This document shows, one piece after another, positions 1 to 10,135 of a DNA stretch of 64,000 nt. A program made the translations under genes and the position numbers. How positions within the stretch are numbered: the first letter of the stretch is position 1; each line of letters begins with the position of its first letter. The DNA comes from an uncultured Verrucomicrobiae bacterium (lineage in GTDB: Bacteria; Verrucomicrobiota; Verrucomicrobiia; Palsa-1439), in contig CAWEWF010000004.1 of NCBI GenBank assembly GCA_963812605.1, forward strand, positions 192,001-256,000, written 5' to 3'. Under the pieces are notes generated by a model. The model had not been told where the DNA came from. It saw nothing but the letters and a program-made list of their open reading frames with translations, and ran no database searches.

Positions 1-347
1 CAGTTCCGAGATTGTGCCATGGCCCTGATATTGGAATGACACTATGAGCGATTTCTACCCACACCAGCCAGTGGCATGTGAGCGCATTGGTTGCTTACGA
101 GCACCGTCGCGGCGGCGGGCGTTGCGAGTTGGTTATTTCCGAAATGATTATCGCTTGTATATGTTTCGCTGCGGTTTGCAGTTTTTATAGATGGATTTGG
201 TTTTGCATCGAAGTTGGAAGGAGAGCCAATGTTAAGCAACATCGAAACCGAGCCAGGACACGCCAAACGTGTATCCAAGATGGGTCTATTGGATGTTTTG
301 GATCGCTCTTTACAAGCCTAGCGGTAGCCCTCGAGATATTGGGGCTT

Positions 348-1815
348 TTATCGCACGACGTTGAAGTTTTTTGTTTCAGCGTACCCGAGAAAAATGGGCG
401 TTGAAACTGCGATGCGGGCCAATGGCCGCTGACCCGTCAGTTTGATTGTTGATATGCCCAACTCACGCAACAGTTCGGCGCTCATGGCGATGCCGCGGTG
501 GAAATTGCCGAGATCCATTTTCTCGTTGGGCGAATGCCAGTTGTCGTCGGGCAAGCCGAGCCCGACCAAAACGATCTCGCCGCGCAAGTGCTCGCTTGAA
601 GACATCGAGAATCGGCAGCGAACCACCTTCCCGCGCAAATATAGGCTCGCGTCCGAACGCCTTCCGCAACGCGATTGCCGCCGCTCTGGCCCCGCGACCG
701 CGCGGGGATTCGTGAAAGGCGCGGGAATTATGGCCCGCCGTGATGGTCAATCGCACGGAAGGCGGGCAGAGTTTTCGCAGATATTGCGTCACGAGCCGCG
801 CGATTTTTTCCGGTTTCTGGTCGGGCACGAGTCGGCAGGTAATCTTGGCCCCCGCCCAGGCGGGCACAATGGTTTTGGTTCCCGGTCCCTGATAGCCGCC
901 AAACACGCCATTGATCTCGAAGGTTGGGCGCGCCCAGCGCCTTTCGAGCGTTGTGTATCCTTTTTCACCGGCAAGAGACGGCACGCCAAGGAAACGGGCA
1001 TAGGCGCGCTCGTTGAACGGCAAACGGCGGAACTGTTCGCGCTCCCATTTTTCCAGCGGACGCACGTCATCATAGAAGCCCGGCACCGCGACGTGGTTGT
1101 TCGCGTCCACACAGGCGGCCAGCAAGCGGGCCAGTGTCGCCGCGGGATTCGCCACGCTGCCGCCGAAGACGCCGGAGTGCAGGTCGCGCGACGGCCCGTC
1201 CACGCGGACTTCCAGGGCCGCGATGCCGCGCGTGGCGTACGTGATCGACGGGTGGTCCTTCGAGAACATGGAGGTGTCGGAGACGATGACGTAATCCGCG
1301 CGCAATTGCTTCGCGCGCTGTTTCACGAACGACATGAGGCTCTGGCTGCCAACTTCTTCTTCGCCTTCGATGAGGAACGTGACATTTACGGGAAGTGGCG
1401 TACGCGTTTTTCGGTAGGCTTCGACCGCCTTCACGTGCGCGAAGAATTGTCCCTTGTTGTCGGATGCGCCGCGGCCGAAAAGCTTGCCGGCGCGCTCCAC
1501 GGGCTCGAACGGCGAGGTCTTCCACAATTCAAAAGGCTCGGGCGGTTGCACGTCGTAATGCCCGTAGATGAGCACGCTCGGGATTTTGGAGCCGCGCCGC
1601 AAGGGAGTGCGCGCCACGAGGATCGGGTTGCCCTTCGTCGGGTACAGTTTGACATCCAGCCCCAAGCTGCGAAAATGCCCGACAAGCCAGTCCGCGCAGT
1701 TCAAAACATCACGACGATGTTCCGGCTGTGTCGAAACACTGGGGAAACGCACCAGTGATTTAAGTTGCTCGACAAACTGGCGGCGATTTTGCGAAAGATA
1801 TTTTTGGATCAGCAT
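348..1815 (-). CDS. M20 family dipeptidase (ArgE/DapE-like), split by one frameshift near 590
   Basis: Motifs YGHYDVQP, GRGASDNKG, EGEEEVGS, DLHSG in ORF 463..1845; the C-terminal GLGLPDDNWHSPNEK continues in ORF 348..638. Likely ATG at 1815. Confidence 0.88.
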
Positions 1816-1912
1816 CACGGCGTGGGACGGTAACCGATTTGTCACTTCAAGTCACAGCTAATTGGATGGCCTTCCGGCGTCTTGTGGTATAATTTTGAGG
1901 CCTTGAATTTTC

Positions 1913-3646
1913 ATGACAGAGAGTGATTTACCGGCAGCGAACACGACGCCCGCGGAAGATCAGGCGTTGCCTTTGGAGGAACTGGAACTAACCCCGCAAT
2001 GGGTCAAGTCATCCGGCAAATCCTACGCCAACCATGCCGGTGGAGAACGCGAGCCGCGTCGCGGCGAGGGCCGGCGTCCGGAAGGCGACCGCCGTCGCGG
2101 CAACGACCGCGATCAGCGACCGCGTCCGCCCAGGCCGCAGGAATCCGGTGATCGCCGCGGACCACGTCCCGAACAGCGCCGCAGCGGACCACCGCACCGA
2201 CACGATACGGAACGCCGAGCCCCCGTGCCGGCCGCTCCGCCCACCCTGCCGATCGAGGTGACATTCCAACCGGAGGAGAAGGGGTTCGCCGCGATGATTG
2301 AGGCGATGAAGCAGACACAGCGCGCGTATACCCTGTTCGACATCGCGAAGCTCGTCCTCAACAAACCCGAGCGCCATCTGGTGAAGTTCACGCGCCGGCC
2401 CGCGGCGAATGTGGCTCCCGAACCGCTGTTTCTGGTGACGCCGGGCGAGAACGTTTTTTTGCGGCAGGACGAAGCGGTGCGGTTCGCGCTGCGCCAGCAT
2501 GCCGGGATGATTCTTAAGGAGAAGAAGACACCCATCGACCCTCCGAAAGGCAATTTCACGTTCGTGAATCGCTGCGGGCTCACGGGGGTATGGCTCGGGC
2601 CACCCAACTACCACGAGTACCAGGGCCGCTTGGTCCGCCATCACCAGCAGCGATTGCGGCACATGCACTTCGAGGAGTTCAAGTCGCGCATCCAGACCGT
2701 CAAGGACCCCGAGGCGGTCAAGGCCTGGCTGGATTCGATGAGTTCCAAGACCGAGTACGAGTGCCTCCTCGATGCCGAACCGAAAAGCTTTTCCACCCGT
2801 GACGAAGCGGAGAAACACTTTGTCGAGAATCACCTGGCGAAGTTCGTCACGTCCGCGCCCGAAGTGCGGATCAGCGGCGCGGCGAGCCGCCAACTGCAGA
2901 ATCCCGCGCTCCTCGAGGCCGTCCGCCTCGCGTGGGAGCAAGAGCGCAAATTTCCATTGAAGACCGCCAACGAAATGCGCGGCCGTCTCCGACACGAAGG
3001 GTTTCACTTCTTCAAGGACCCCAAGGGCATCACGTTCATCAGTCGCGTCAAGCCGCAGCGGTTCGAGTCCATCGGTCACCTCTCGGAACAAATCCAGAAG
3101 ATCATCCTGTTTTTGCGCGAGCATGTCGGCGCCAAACGCAAGCGATTAGTCGAGCATTTTGTCCCGCCGTCTCCCGCACCGGCGGAAACTCCGGCGCCGA
3201 CAATTGACGCCGCTGCTCCAACTCCCGGTGCGACTGCGGATACCAATGTCCCGACCGTTCCGGCTTCGGTTATGCCGTCCGCGGAAGATCGCGTGCTGGC
3301 CGACCTGCATTGGTTGATTCAGGACGGGTATGTGGTCGAGTTCTCAGATGGTCGTTTGTGGGCGCTGCCGGACAGACCGCCACAACCGGTTTCAACCAAG
3401 AAACCAAAGGCTACTGCGACCGAAACGCCTGCCGAGAATGCGGCAGCGTCGCCGGCTCTGACGACAACCGAGTCACCGGTTGAACCGACGCCCGCGGTGG
3501 AGACGGCTCCAACAGCCGCGGAGGACGGCGACCTGAATCCGAGCACGCCCATCGAGGCGCCGATCGAACCGGTGCCCACCGTGGAGCCAGCTCCAACAGC
3601 CGCCGAGGACGGCGATCTGAATCCGAACACGCCCATCACCTCGTAG
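1913..3646 (+). CDS. Conserved hypothetical protein with low-complexity R/P-rich termini
   Basis: 577 aa ORF with host-like codon usage, a globular core (CGLTGVWLGPPNYHEYQ ... LADLHWLIQDGYVVEFSDG) and an upstream TATAAT near 1888. Confidence 0.8.
   Translation: MTESDLPAANTTPAEDQALPLEELELTPQWVKSSGKSYANHAGGEREPRRGEGRRPEGDRRRGNDRDQRPRPPRPQESGDRRGPRPEQRRSGPPHRHDTERRAPVPAAPPTLPIEVTFQPEEKGFAAMIEAMKQTQRAYTLFDIAKLVLNKPERHLVKFTRRPAANVAPEPLFLVTPGENVFLRQDEAVRFALRQHAGMILKEKKTPIDPPKGNFTFVNRCGLTGVWLGPPNYHEYQGRLVRHHQQRLRHMHFEEFKSRIQTVKDPEAVKAWLDSMSSKTEYECLLDAEPKSFSTRDEAEKHFVENHLAKFVTSAPEVRISGAASRQLQNPALLEAVRLAWEQERKFPLKTANEMRGRLRHEGFHFFKDPKGITFISRVKPQRFESIGHLSEQIQKIILFLREHVGAKRKRLVEHFVPPSPAPAETPAPTIDAAAPTPGATADTNVPTVPASVMPSAEDRVLADLHWLIQDGYVVEFSDGRLWALPDRPPQPVSTKKPKATATETPAENAAASPALTTTESPVEPTPAVETAPTAAEDGDLNPSTPIEAPIEPVPTVEPAPTAAEDGDLNPNTPITS
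3492..3637 (+). repeat. Intragenic direct repeat, two ~62-bp copies at 84-bp spacing
   Basis: GTGGAG..GCTCCAACAGCCGC.GAGGACGGCGA.CTGAATCCGA.CACGCCCATC occurs twice and encodes APTAAEDGDLNPxTPI twice. Confidence 0.85.
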
Positions 3647-3660
3647 CGGGTGGAGCGCGC

Positions 3661-4422
3661 ATGGCTGAGATCCTCGTTGATGTCCGTAATCTTCGCAAAG
3701 AATTCGACGGCACAGTGGCCGTGGCGGACGTGTCGTTTACCGTACAGCATGGGGAAATCGTCGGGGTCCTCGGCGCGAACGGTGCCGGCAAAACCACGAC
3801 AATCCAAATCCTCCTCGGGCTGATCAAGCCGTCGGGAGGAAAGGTCACGATCTTCGGCAAAGACCTGGAGCGTAACCGCATTGAGATCCTCCAGCGCTCG
3901 AATTTTTCCTCGGCGTACACTGGACTGCCCTCGAACCTGAAGGTCTGGGAGAACCTGCTGATTTTCGCCAGGATTTACGGCGTCCGCAACCATCGCCAGA
4001 AGATCGATGAATTGCTCGAGATGTTCGAGATCACGCACCTGCGGACGAGAATCACCGGCCACCTGTCGTCGGGCGAATCGACGCGCGTGAATTTGTGCAA
4101 ATCGCTGCTGAACGATCCCGAATTGTTGATGCTGGATGAACCGACCGCCAGCCTCGATCCCGACATTGCCGACAAAGTGCGCAAGCTGCTGCGTCGCATC
4201 CAGGGCGAACGGCAGATCACCATGATTTACACCTCGCACAACATGCGCGATGTCGAGGAGGTCTGCGATCGGGTGCTGTTCATGCACAAGGGGCGCATCA
4301 TCGCCGAGGGCACGCCGCAACAGGTGAAGGACCAGTTCAACCAAACGTCGCTGGAGGACGTTTTCATCAGCGTCGCGCGCGGCGGCGATGTGATGGCCAA
4401 GGACAAAGAGGCGGCGCAATGA
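3661..4422 (+). CDS. ABC-2 type exporter ATP-binding protein
   Basis: Walker A GANGAGKTT, signature LSSGE, Walker B LMLDEPT, H-loop SHNM. Confidence 0.93.
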   Translation: MAEILVDVRNLRKEFDGTVAVADVSFTVQHGEIVGVLGANGAGKTTTIQILLGLIKPSGGKVTIFGKDLERNRIEILQRSNFSSAYTGLPSNLKVWENLLIFARIYGVRNHRQKIDELLEMFEITHLRTRITGHLSSGESTRVNLCKSLLNDPELLMLDEPTASLDPDIADKVRKLLRRIQGERQITMIYTSHNMRDVEEVCDRVLFMHKGRIIAEGTPQQVKDQFNQTSLEDVFISVARGGDVMAKDKEAAQ

Positions 4423-5213
4423 ACTGGGGACGCATTCGCGCGCTTGTGTTGCGCTACACCTTCCTTTATACGCGCAGCGTGCCGCGCGTGGCCGAGATGT
4501 TTTTCTGGCCCGTGATGGACCTGCTGGTGTGGGGTTTTATTACGGTTTACCTCCAAAAGCTGTCGCATCCGGTGCCGGCCACCGTGACGTTCCTGCTCGG
4601 GTCGATGATTTTTTGGGACATTCTCTACCGCGCCCAGCAGGCCGTGACCATTTCGTTCCTCGAAGACATCTGGGCGCGCAATCTCCTCAATATTTTCGTC
4701 GCGCCGATTCGCGTCAGCGAGTTTATCGCCGCGACCTACATTGTCGGTTTCGTCAAGATCCTCGTGACGGTGGGAATCCTGGCCGGGCTGGCGTTGTGGT
4801 TCTATCATTGGAACCTGTTTCAAATGGGTCTCCCGCTCATTCCTCTTTTCGCCAGCCTGTTGCTGATGGGCTGGGCGGTCGGCATGGTCACCACGGCGCT
4901 GATTATGCGCTGGGGCCAATCCGCCGAGGCGCTTGCGTGGGGAATTCCGTTCCTCATCCAGCCTGTTGCGGCGGTGTTTTATCCGCTCAACGTATTGCCC
5001 GCCTGGATCCAGCCGATTTCGCGGTCCATTCCCGCGACGTACGTCTTCGAGGGCATGCGACAGGTGCTGCGTGGCGAAGGACTGTCCGCACATGACCTCG
5101 CGTGGGCGTTTGGATTGAACGTGGTGTACCTGATCGGCGCGGGTTTGTTCTTCAACTACATGTTCGAAGTCGCCCGCGACAAGGGCCTGCTCGCCAAGCT
5201 CGGGACGCAGTAA
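4419..5213 (+). CDS. ABC-2 type permease
   Basis: About 6 hydrophobic segments, FYPLNVLPAWIQPIS...P motif, ATGA overlap with the ATPase gene. Confidence 0.9.
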   Translation: MNWGRIRALVLRYTFLYTRSVPRVAEMFFWPVMDLLVWGFITVYLQKLSHPVPATVTFLLGSMIFWDILYRAQQAVTISFLEDIWARNLLNIFVAPIRVSEFIAATYIVGFVKILVTVGILAGLALWFYHWNLFQMGLPLIPLFASLLLMGWAVGMVTTALIMRWGQSAEALAWGIPFLIQPVAAVFYPLNVLPAWIQPISRSIPATYVFEGMRQVLRGEGLSAHDLAWAFGLNVVYLIGAGLFFNYMFEVARDKGLLAKLGTQ

Positions 5214-5218
5214 GACCG

Positions 5219-6436
5219 CTAACTCGGTCGCGACAATCCCACGAGGTGTTCCAAGCGCTCGAAGGGCGAGATGTGAGTGACCTGAAGGCTTTTGGCTGAT
5301 GGATAGTGGAAGTCCTTTTCGAGAAGATAAAGATACAAGATCGCCATCGCGTCCACGTCGGCGGAAGTGGTGTTGTTGTATTCGGCGCGCAATTCGTATT
5401 GATGCGCCGGGTCAACGACGATCCCGCTGGCGGACTGGAATTCCCCCATGTGCATGACGCCGACTTTGTCGTGGAAATCCTCGGCTTGAATCTTCAGCAC
5501 GCTCCACGAGGTCGTCAGGTCATATAGTTCCAGCGATTCGCCGTACGGGTGCAGGTGCGCGGTGGCGTAGTGCAACGTTGTCGATGCCGCGAGGTTCAAC
5601 TGGTTCGCCGCGACTTTCACGCGATACGTGTGGCGGCCGGGCGGCACCATCCAGTGATAGGTCACGTCATTGCCAAATTGGGCCTGTACTCCACCCTTCA
5701 TGGTAGCCACGCCTGCGTTCGTGGTTGCCATCGGCTCGACGCAACCTTCTCCTGGATGCGTCATCGAAGCGCACATTTTCATGTGTTCCATCCCGGAACC
5801 CGCCAACGGTTGGACCACATAGAGAGCGCGGCGGAACAGCGGCTTCATCGGGGCCGTGAGGTCGGCGTCGCGGACGAAATCGATGGTGGTTTTGAAACGA
5901 ACTTTGACGGCGCGATCCGGGACGTTGAGATTGAGCGACATCGTGAAGAAATCCAGCGGTGTGTCCGAACGCACGGGCAGGCCGTAGCCCGGTGGAAGCG
6001 ATTCCTGCAGCCGCCCCGGGACGAGCGTGAAGAAACGCCAGTCCATGTGCGTGGAATTATCGAATTCGGCGTTATGCTTGGCGGGCGTGATTTGCTTTGG
6101 ATCGAACGTCAGGTTCGCGTGGCAGCAAAATTCCGGTGAAATCGTCTCGCGGTTGTCGGCGTCGAGCACCTCCGTCCGCAAACCGGTCAGCCAGACGAGC
6201 TGCGGCTTCGCGTTCGGCAAGAGGCAGCTCACGGGATGGTTCCCGCTCGGGCCGGTCATGGACAGGTAAATCTTATCGAGTGTGTACGGTTTCGAGACAA
6301 CCTCAACCGAATTGCTGCCGTTGGCGCGGGTCTCGCCTTCCACGCGTCTGGGCAAGGACCAGCCATTCTCGCGGGCGGCGAGAACGCCAATCACGGCCAG
6401 GAGCAGACCCATCGTTATTTTTGTCCAGTACCGCAT
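5219..6436 (-). CDS. Secreted hypothetical protein, possibly copper monooxygenase (PHM-like) fold
   Basis: Signal-like N-terminus from ATG 6436; C-terminal HLHPYG ... YNNT ... DAM pattern. Confidence 0.6.
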   Translation of the reverse strand: MRYWTKITMGLLLAVIGVLAARENGWSLPRRVEGETRANGSNSVEVVSKPYTLDKIYLSMTGPSGNHPVSCLLPNAKPQLVWLTGLRTEVLDADNRETISPEFCCHANLTFDPKQITPAKHNAEFDNSTHMDWRFFTLVPGRLQESLPPGYGLPVRSDTPLDFFTMSLNLNVPDRAVKVRFKTTIDFVRDADLTAPMKPLFRRALYVVQPLAGSGMEHMKMCASMTHPGEGCVEPMATTNAGVATMKGGVQAQFGNDVTYHWMVPPGRHTYRVKVAANQLNLAASTTLHYATAHLHPYGESLELYDLTTSWSVLKIQAEDFHDKVGVMHMGEFQSASGIVVDPAHQYELRAEYNNTTSADVDAMAILYLYLLEKDFHYPSAKSLQVTHISPFERLEHLVGLSRPS

Positions 6437-6594
6437 CGCCAGCGGCCAGTCTATTGCATTTTCGGGGCCAAGACAACTCTTCCATTGCCTTGCAGGGCAA
6501 GCGTTAACTGCCACGCGAAGATGACAAGGTTGTAATGCGTGGGTGGAACGGCGAAGAGATACACGCTGAAGGCAGGGCAACGCAACACGCAACT

Positions 6595-6921
6595 CTACGT
6601 TGCCGTCGGGAGTTTCAGCAACCGTACAATTCTTTCGCCGAGGTCTTCGAGTTCTTGGGAAGTGAGCATACCCAGTTTTCGTTCCAGTTTGGGCAAGGAA
6701 ATTGGTTGAATCTGTTGCAGATGAAAAGCACCGGGTTTAAGAAATGACTTGGAGATGGGAAACTCCCAGCGGTTGTTGCGAACAGCGGTAGTGTGTGGAA
6801 CGATGACAATTAGCGCCAGTTCGTCATCGCTCGGATAATCGCTCAGGATCAGGCAAGGACGGACTTTGGCTGTGAATCCCAGGTCAACGAGCCAGACATC
6901 ACCGCGACTTGGCTTTGCCAT
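6595..6921 (-). CDS. PemK/MazF family toxin
   Basis: RGDVWLVDLG...KVRPCLILS...IVPHTT motif; 108 aa from ATG 6921. Confidence 0.88.
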   Translation of the reverse strand: MAKPSRGDVWLVDLGFTAKVRPCLILSDYPSDDELALIVIVPHTTAVRNNRWEFPISKSFLKPGAFHLQQIQPISLPKLERKLGMLTSQELEDLGERIVRLLKLPTAT

Positions 6922-7087
6922 GTTTGGCTTCCAAGGCGTCAAGCATCAGGAACCTCTCGTTCGCGCGCCGGTCGCTATCCACCAGAATTCTTTTATCGTC
7001 CTCGATTTCAAAGATAAGACGGGCGATTTCGCGCCGTTCACGCTGGCTGAGCTTGGGTAGTTGCTTGATGATTTCGGCTTTGCTCAC
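6899..7087 (-). CDS. Putative antitoxin
   Basis: Small ORF (SKAEIIKQLPKLSQRERREIAR...) overlapping the toxin start; GTG at 7087 with TAAACT 7 nt upstream. Confidence 0.7.
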   Translation of the reverse strand: MSKAEIIKQLPKLSQRERREIARLIFEIEDDKRILVDSDRRANERFLMLDALEAKHGKAKSR

Positions 7088-7140
7088 GAGGCGTAGTTTA
7101 CCCCTTATGGATGACTTCCGCAAGCAGGTCCTTCTGCTCG

Positions 7141-8783
7141 CTAACGTTCCACGTACCGCTGGGCGATGGGGACGCGGCGGCCGATGCCGAAGGCTTTGCT
7201 GGTGACGCGGAGGCAGGGCGGGGCTTGTTTGCGCTTGTACTCGTTGAGGTCGATCTTGCGGACAATGTCGCGGACGAGCTTTTCGTCGAAACCGGTTTCC
7301 TTCACGATCTCGGTGGCGGACTGAGACTCCTCGATGTAATGCTTGATGATCGCATCGAGCACGTCATACGGCGGGAGCGTGTCCTGGTCGGTTTGGTTGG
7401 CGCGAAGTTCGGCGGACGGCGGTTTGGTGAGCGAAGATTCGGGGATCACCGGGCGCTGGGTGATTAATGTAGCGGGCGAGTTCGTAGACCATCGTCTTCG
7501 GGACATCGGCGATGACGCCGAGACCGCCGTTCATGTCCCCGTACAACGTGCAATACCCGACGGCCAGTTCGGATTTGTTGCCGGTCGTCAGCAGCATGTG
7601 GCCGAACTTGTTCGAGAGCGCCATCAACGTCGTGCCGCGGATGCGCGCCTGGATATTCTCTTCGGTCGTGTCCTCGGGGCGTCCTTCGAACACGGGCTGG
7701 AGCGTCGCCTTGAACTGCTCGAAGACATCCTGAATCGGGATCGTCTCCCAGCGAATGCCGAGGTTGTCGGCCAACTCGCGCGCGTCTTCGATGCTGCCTT
7801 TCGACGAGAATTGCGAGGGCATGGAAACGCCCAGGACATTCTCGCGTCCAAGCGCGGCCACGGCGAGACAGGCGGCCACGGCGGAGTCGATGCCCCCGCT
7901 CAGGCCCAGGACGACGGACTTGAAGCCGCACTTCTGGGTATAATCGCGGAGGCCAAGCACCAGCGCATCGTGGAGCGCGGCGGCGGGTTCCAGTGGACGG
8001 AATTGTTGCGGGCTGTCCCTCCAGATCGACAATGACCAGGTCCTCGGCGAAGGCGGCGCCCTGGGCGAGGAGATTGCCGGCAGCGTCGAAGGCCAGGCTG
8101 TTGCCATCGAAAATCAATTCGTCGTTGCCGCCGATCAGATTGCAGTACAGCACCGGGACTTTGTATTGTTGTGCCACGGCCCGAAGCATGTCGTGACGGA
8201 CCCGCTCCTTTCCGAGGTGATAAGGCGACGCGGAGAGATTCAACAGGAATTGCGCGCGGGTCCCGTCCCGCATGAGGTCGTGAATCGGGCTACGCTCGTA
8301 AAGGCGCGCGGGCAAATAGTCCTGGGTCCAAATATCTTCGCAAATCGTCAGCCCAAGTCTTTGGCCGGCGAGATCCAGCACCGTGTTGGAATCCGCTGGC
8401 TGGAAGTAGCGGTCTTCATCAAATACGTCGTAGGTCGGCAACAACATTTTTTGGCGCGCCGAGATAATTTTCCCATTTTGGATCAAGGCGACGGCATTTA
8501 CGTAGTCGCGGCCGGGGCGCTTGAGGTTGAAGTCCACGTAGCCGACCAACAGCGCGGTCGGACCGATTTGCGCGGCGATCTCATGGAGGGTGGAGAGGTT
8601 ATCGTGGACGAAGCGATGCTTGGCCAGCAAATCGCGCGGCGGATAGCCCGTGATGGCCAACTCGGGCGTCATCACCACGTCTGCGCCAGCCGTAACCCCG
8701 CGGCGGTAGAAATCGAGAATTTTTCCGGCATTCCCGCGTAAATCGCCCACGGTGCAATCTATCTGCGCCAGCGCAATCTTCAT
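7141..8783 (-). CDS. nadE: Glutamine-dependent NAD+ synthetase, two frameshifts (near 8005 and 7460)
   Basis: Nitrilase domain ([25 protein letters not shown]), then [23 protein letters not shown], then [15 protein letters not shown] across three consecutive ORFs. Confidence 0.92.
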
Positions 8784-9048
8784 GCTGCGTTGAATCTACG
8801 GCTTCGCAAGGAGAGCGGCAACCGCAAAACAACCACGAAGGGCGACGAAGAAGACACGAAGGACACAAAGTTTAGCAGGGCGCGATGCATCACCTACCCC
8901 ATTGACGGCAAAGCTCTTCAGCCTGGAGCGGGAACTGGCGGAATCGGTCAGAGACGAATAAGCGTCGAAGATCCGCCCCTGATTTCACACTTGGTATCCA
9001 GTGGTCGTTTGATAGACTGTCTAAAGCGGCCCAAACGAAAGGGATTTC

Positions 9049-9837
9049 ATGCCAGCCAAATACCGCCCAACCTTTCTGCTTATACTTGCTCTTCTGTTTG
9101 CTCCGACCCTGCCAGGTTGCACATTCGGCCAACAGACCACAAAGGATTCCTTCAACCCTTGGACCGCAAATGATTCCGTAAACCCTCAAACCGCGGAGGA
9201 GTTTGTCAATCGGGGCAATGCCAAGAAGCGCAGGTGGGATTTGGATGGTGCCATCGCCGACTACTCAAAAGCCATCGAACTCAATCCGAAATACGCCGAA
9301 GCCTACTACCGCCGAGGCGTTGTTAAAGCAAAGAAAATGGCTGATATGAACGGTCCTATCGCTGACTTCACGAAAGCTATTGAACTCGACCCGAAAAACG
9401 CTGAAGCCTATGTCGACCGTGCCGATGCTAAAGAATGGAAGGGCGATCAGGACGGGGCTATCGTTGACTGCAATCGAGCCATTGAACTCAACCCAAAATC
9501 CTTCGACGCCTACTTCAGCCGTGGCACTGCCGAAAGGCTCAAGCCCGATTGTGCCAATGCCGAGTTGCGTAAGGCAAATTTGGATGCTGCCATCGCCGAT
9601 TACTCGAAATTCATCGAAGTCAATCCGAACAACGGCCCCGCCTACTTCAACCGTGGCAGTGCCAAAGAGACCAATGGTGATTTGGACGGTGCCATTGCGG
9701 ACTTCTCTAAAGCCATCGAACTCAACCCGAAAGACGACACCGCCTACTTCAGCCGCGGGAATGCCAAGAAAGCCAAAGGGGATCAGGTGGGGGCGGATGC
9801 GGATTACGCTGAAGCCGCCAAACTCAAAGGCCACTGA
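9049..9837 (+). CDS. TPR-repeat putative lipoprotein
   Basis: Lipobox-like LPGC and about 6 TPR units of the type GDLDGAIADFSKAIELNPK.A.AY.NRG. Confidence 0.9.
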   Translation: MPAKYRPTFLLILALLFAPTLPGCTFGQQTTKDSFNPWTANDSVNPQTAEEFVNRGNAKKRRWDLDGAIADYSKAIELNPKYAEAYYRRGVVKAKKMADMNGPIADFTKAIELDPKNAEAYVDRADAKEWKGDQDGAIVDCNRAIELNPKSFDAYFSRGTAERLKPDCANAELRKANLDAAIADYSKFIEVNPNNGPAYFNRGSAKETNGDLDGAIADFSKAIELNPKDDTAYFSRGNAKKAKGDQVGADADYAEAAKLKGH

Positions 9838-9942
9838 TCGCTGGCACACCACGGGTTTCAACGGATCAGCACGATAACTCCGCCAGTCCGTTCAACAACC
9901 GGCAGTCATGGCCACGCTTTGTTTCAGTCGGCGCAACGGGAG

Positions 9943-10046
9943 GCCGCAGTCAACGCCTGCGGCTACAGCTTCCGCAGCGAATGCGCTACGGAGGACAGGA
10001 CAGCACTCACCCCGAATCCCCGCCGCGTGAGGGCACGGCCTACAAC
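9943..10046 (-). repeat. Stack of three different GTAG REP-like hairpins, co-oriented
   Basis: CTAC at 9963, 9986 and 10040, each preceded by a GC-rich stem (GCCGCAG..CTGCGGC; TCCGCAGCG..CGCTACGGA; CCGCCGCGTGAGGGCACGGC). Confidence 0.7.
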
Positions 10047-10067
10047 GGCATAGTGGAATGGGTCTGA

Positions 10068-10135
10068 TTATCGCAAATCGATAATTTTACTGGACGCGGT
10101 TTGGCGGGATGCGTACAATCCGCCCAGTTCTTTGA
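10068..10135 (+). promoter_or_regulatory. Palindrome + sigma70 promoter + boxA-like site (copy 1)
   Basis: TTATCG-N5-CGATAA (10068-10084); TGGACG-N17-TACAAT (10091-10119); CAGTTCTTTGA (10125-10135); same arrangement at 28024-28170 on the minus strand. Confidence 0.7.

Noticed and set aside
1-404. ORFs 78..404 and 42..278 as genes
   Set aside because: No recognisable motif; AT-richer edge sequence that cannot be interpreted without upstream context
400-470. Integron attC site (GCCCAAC/GTTGGGC)
   Set aside because: Lies within the dipeptidase coding end, has no matching partner box, and there is no integron integrase
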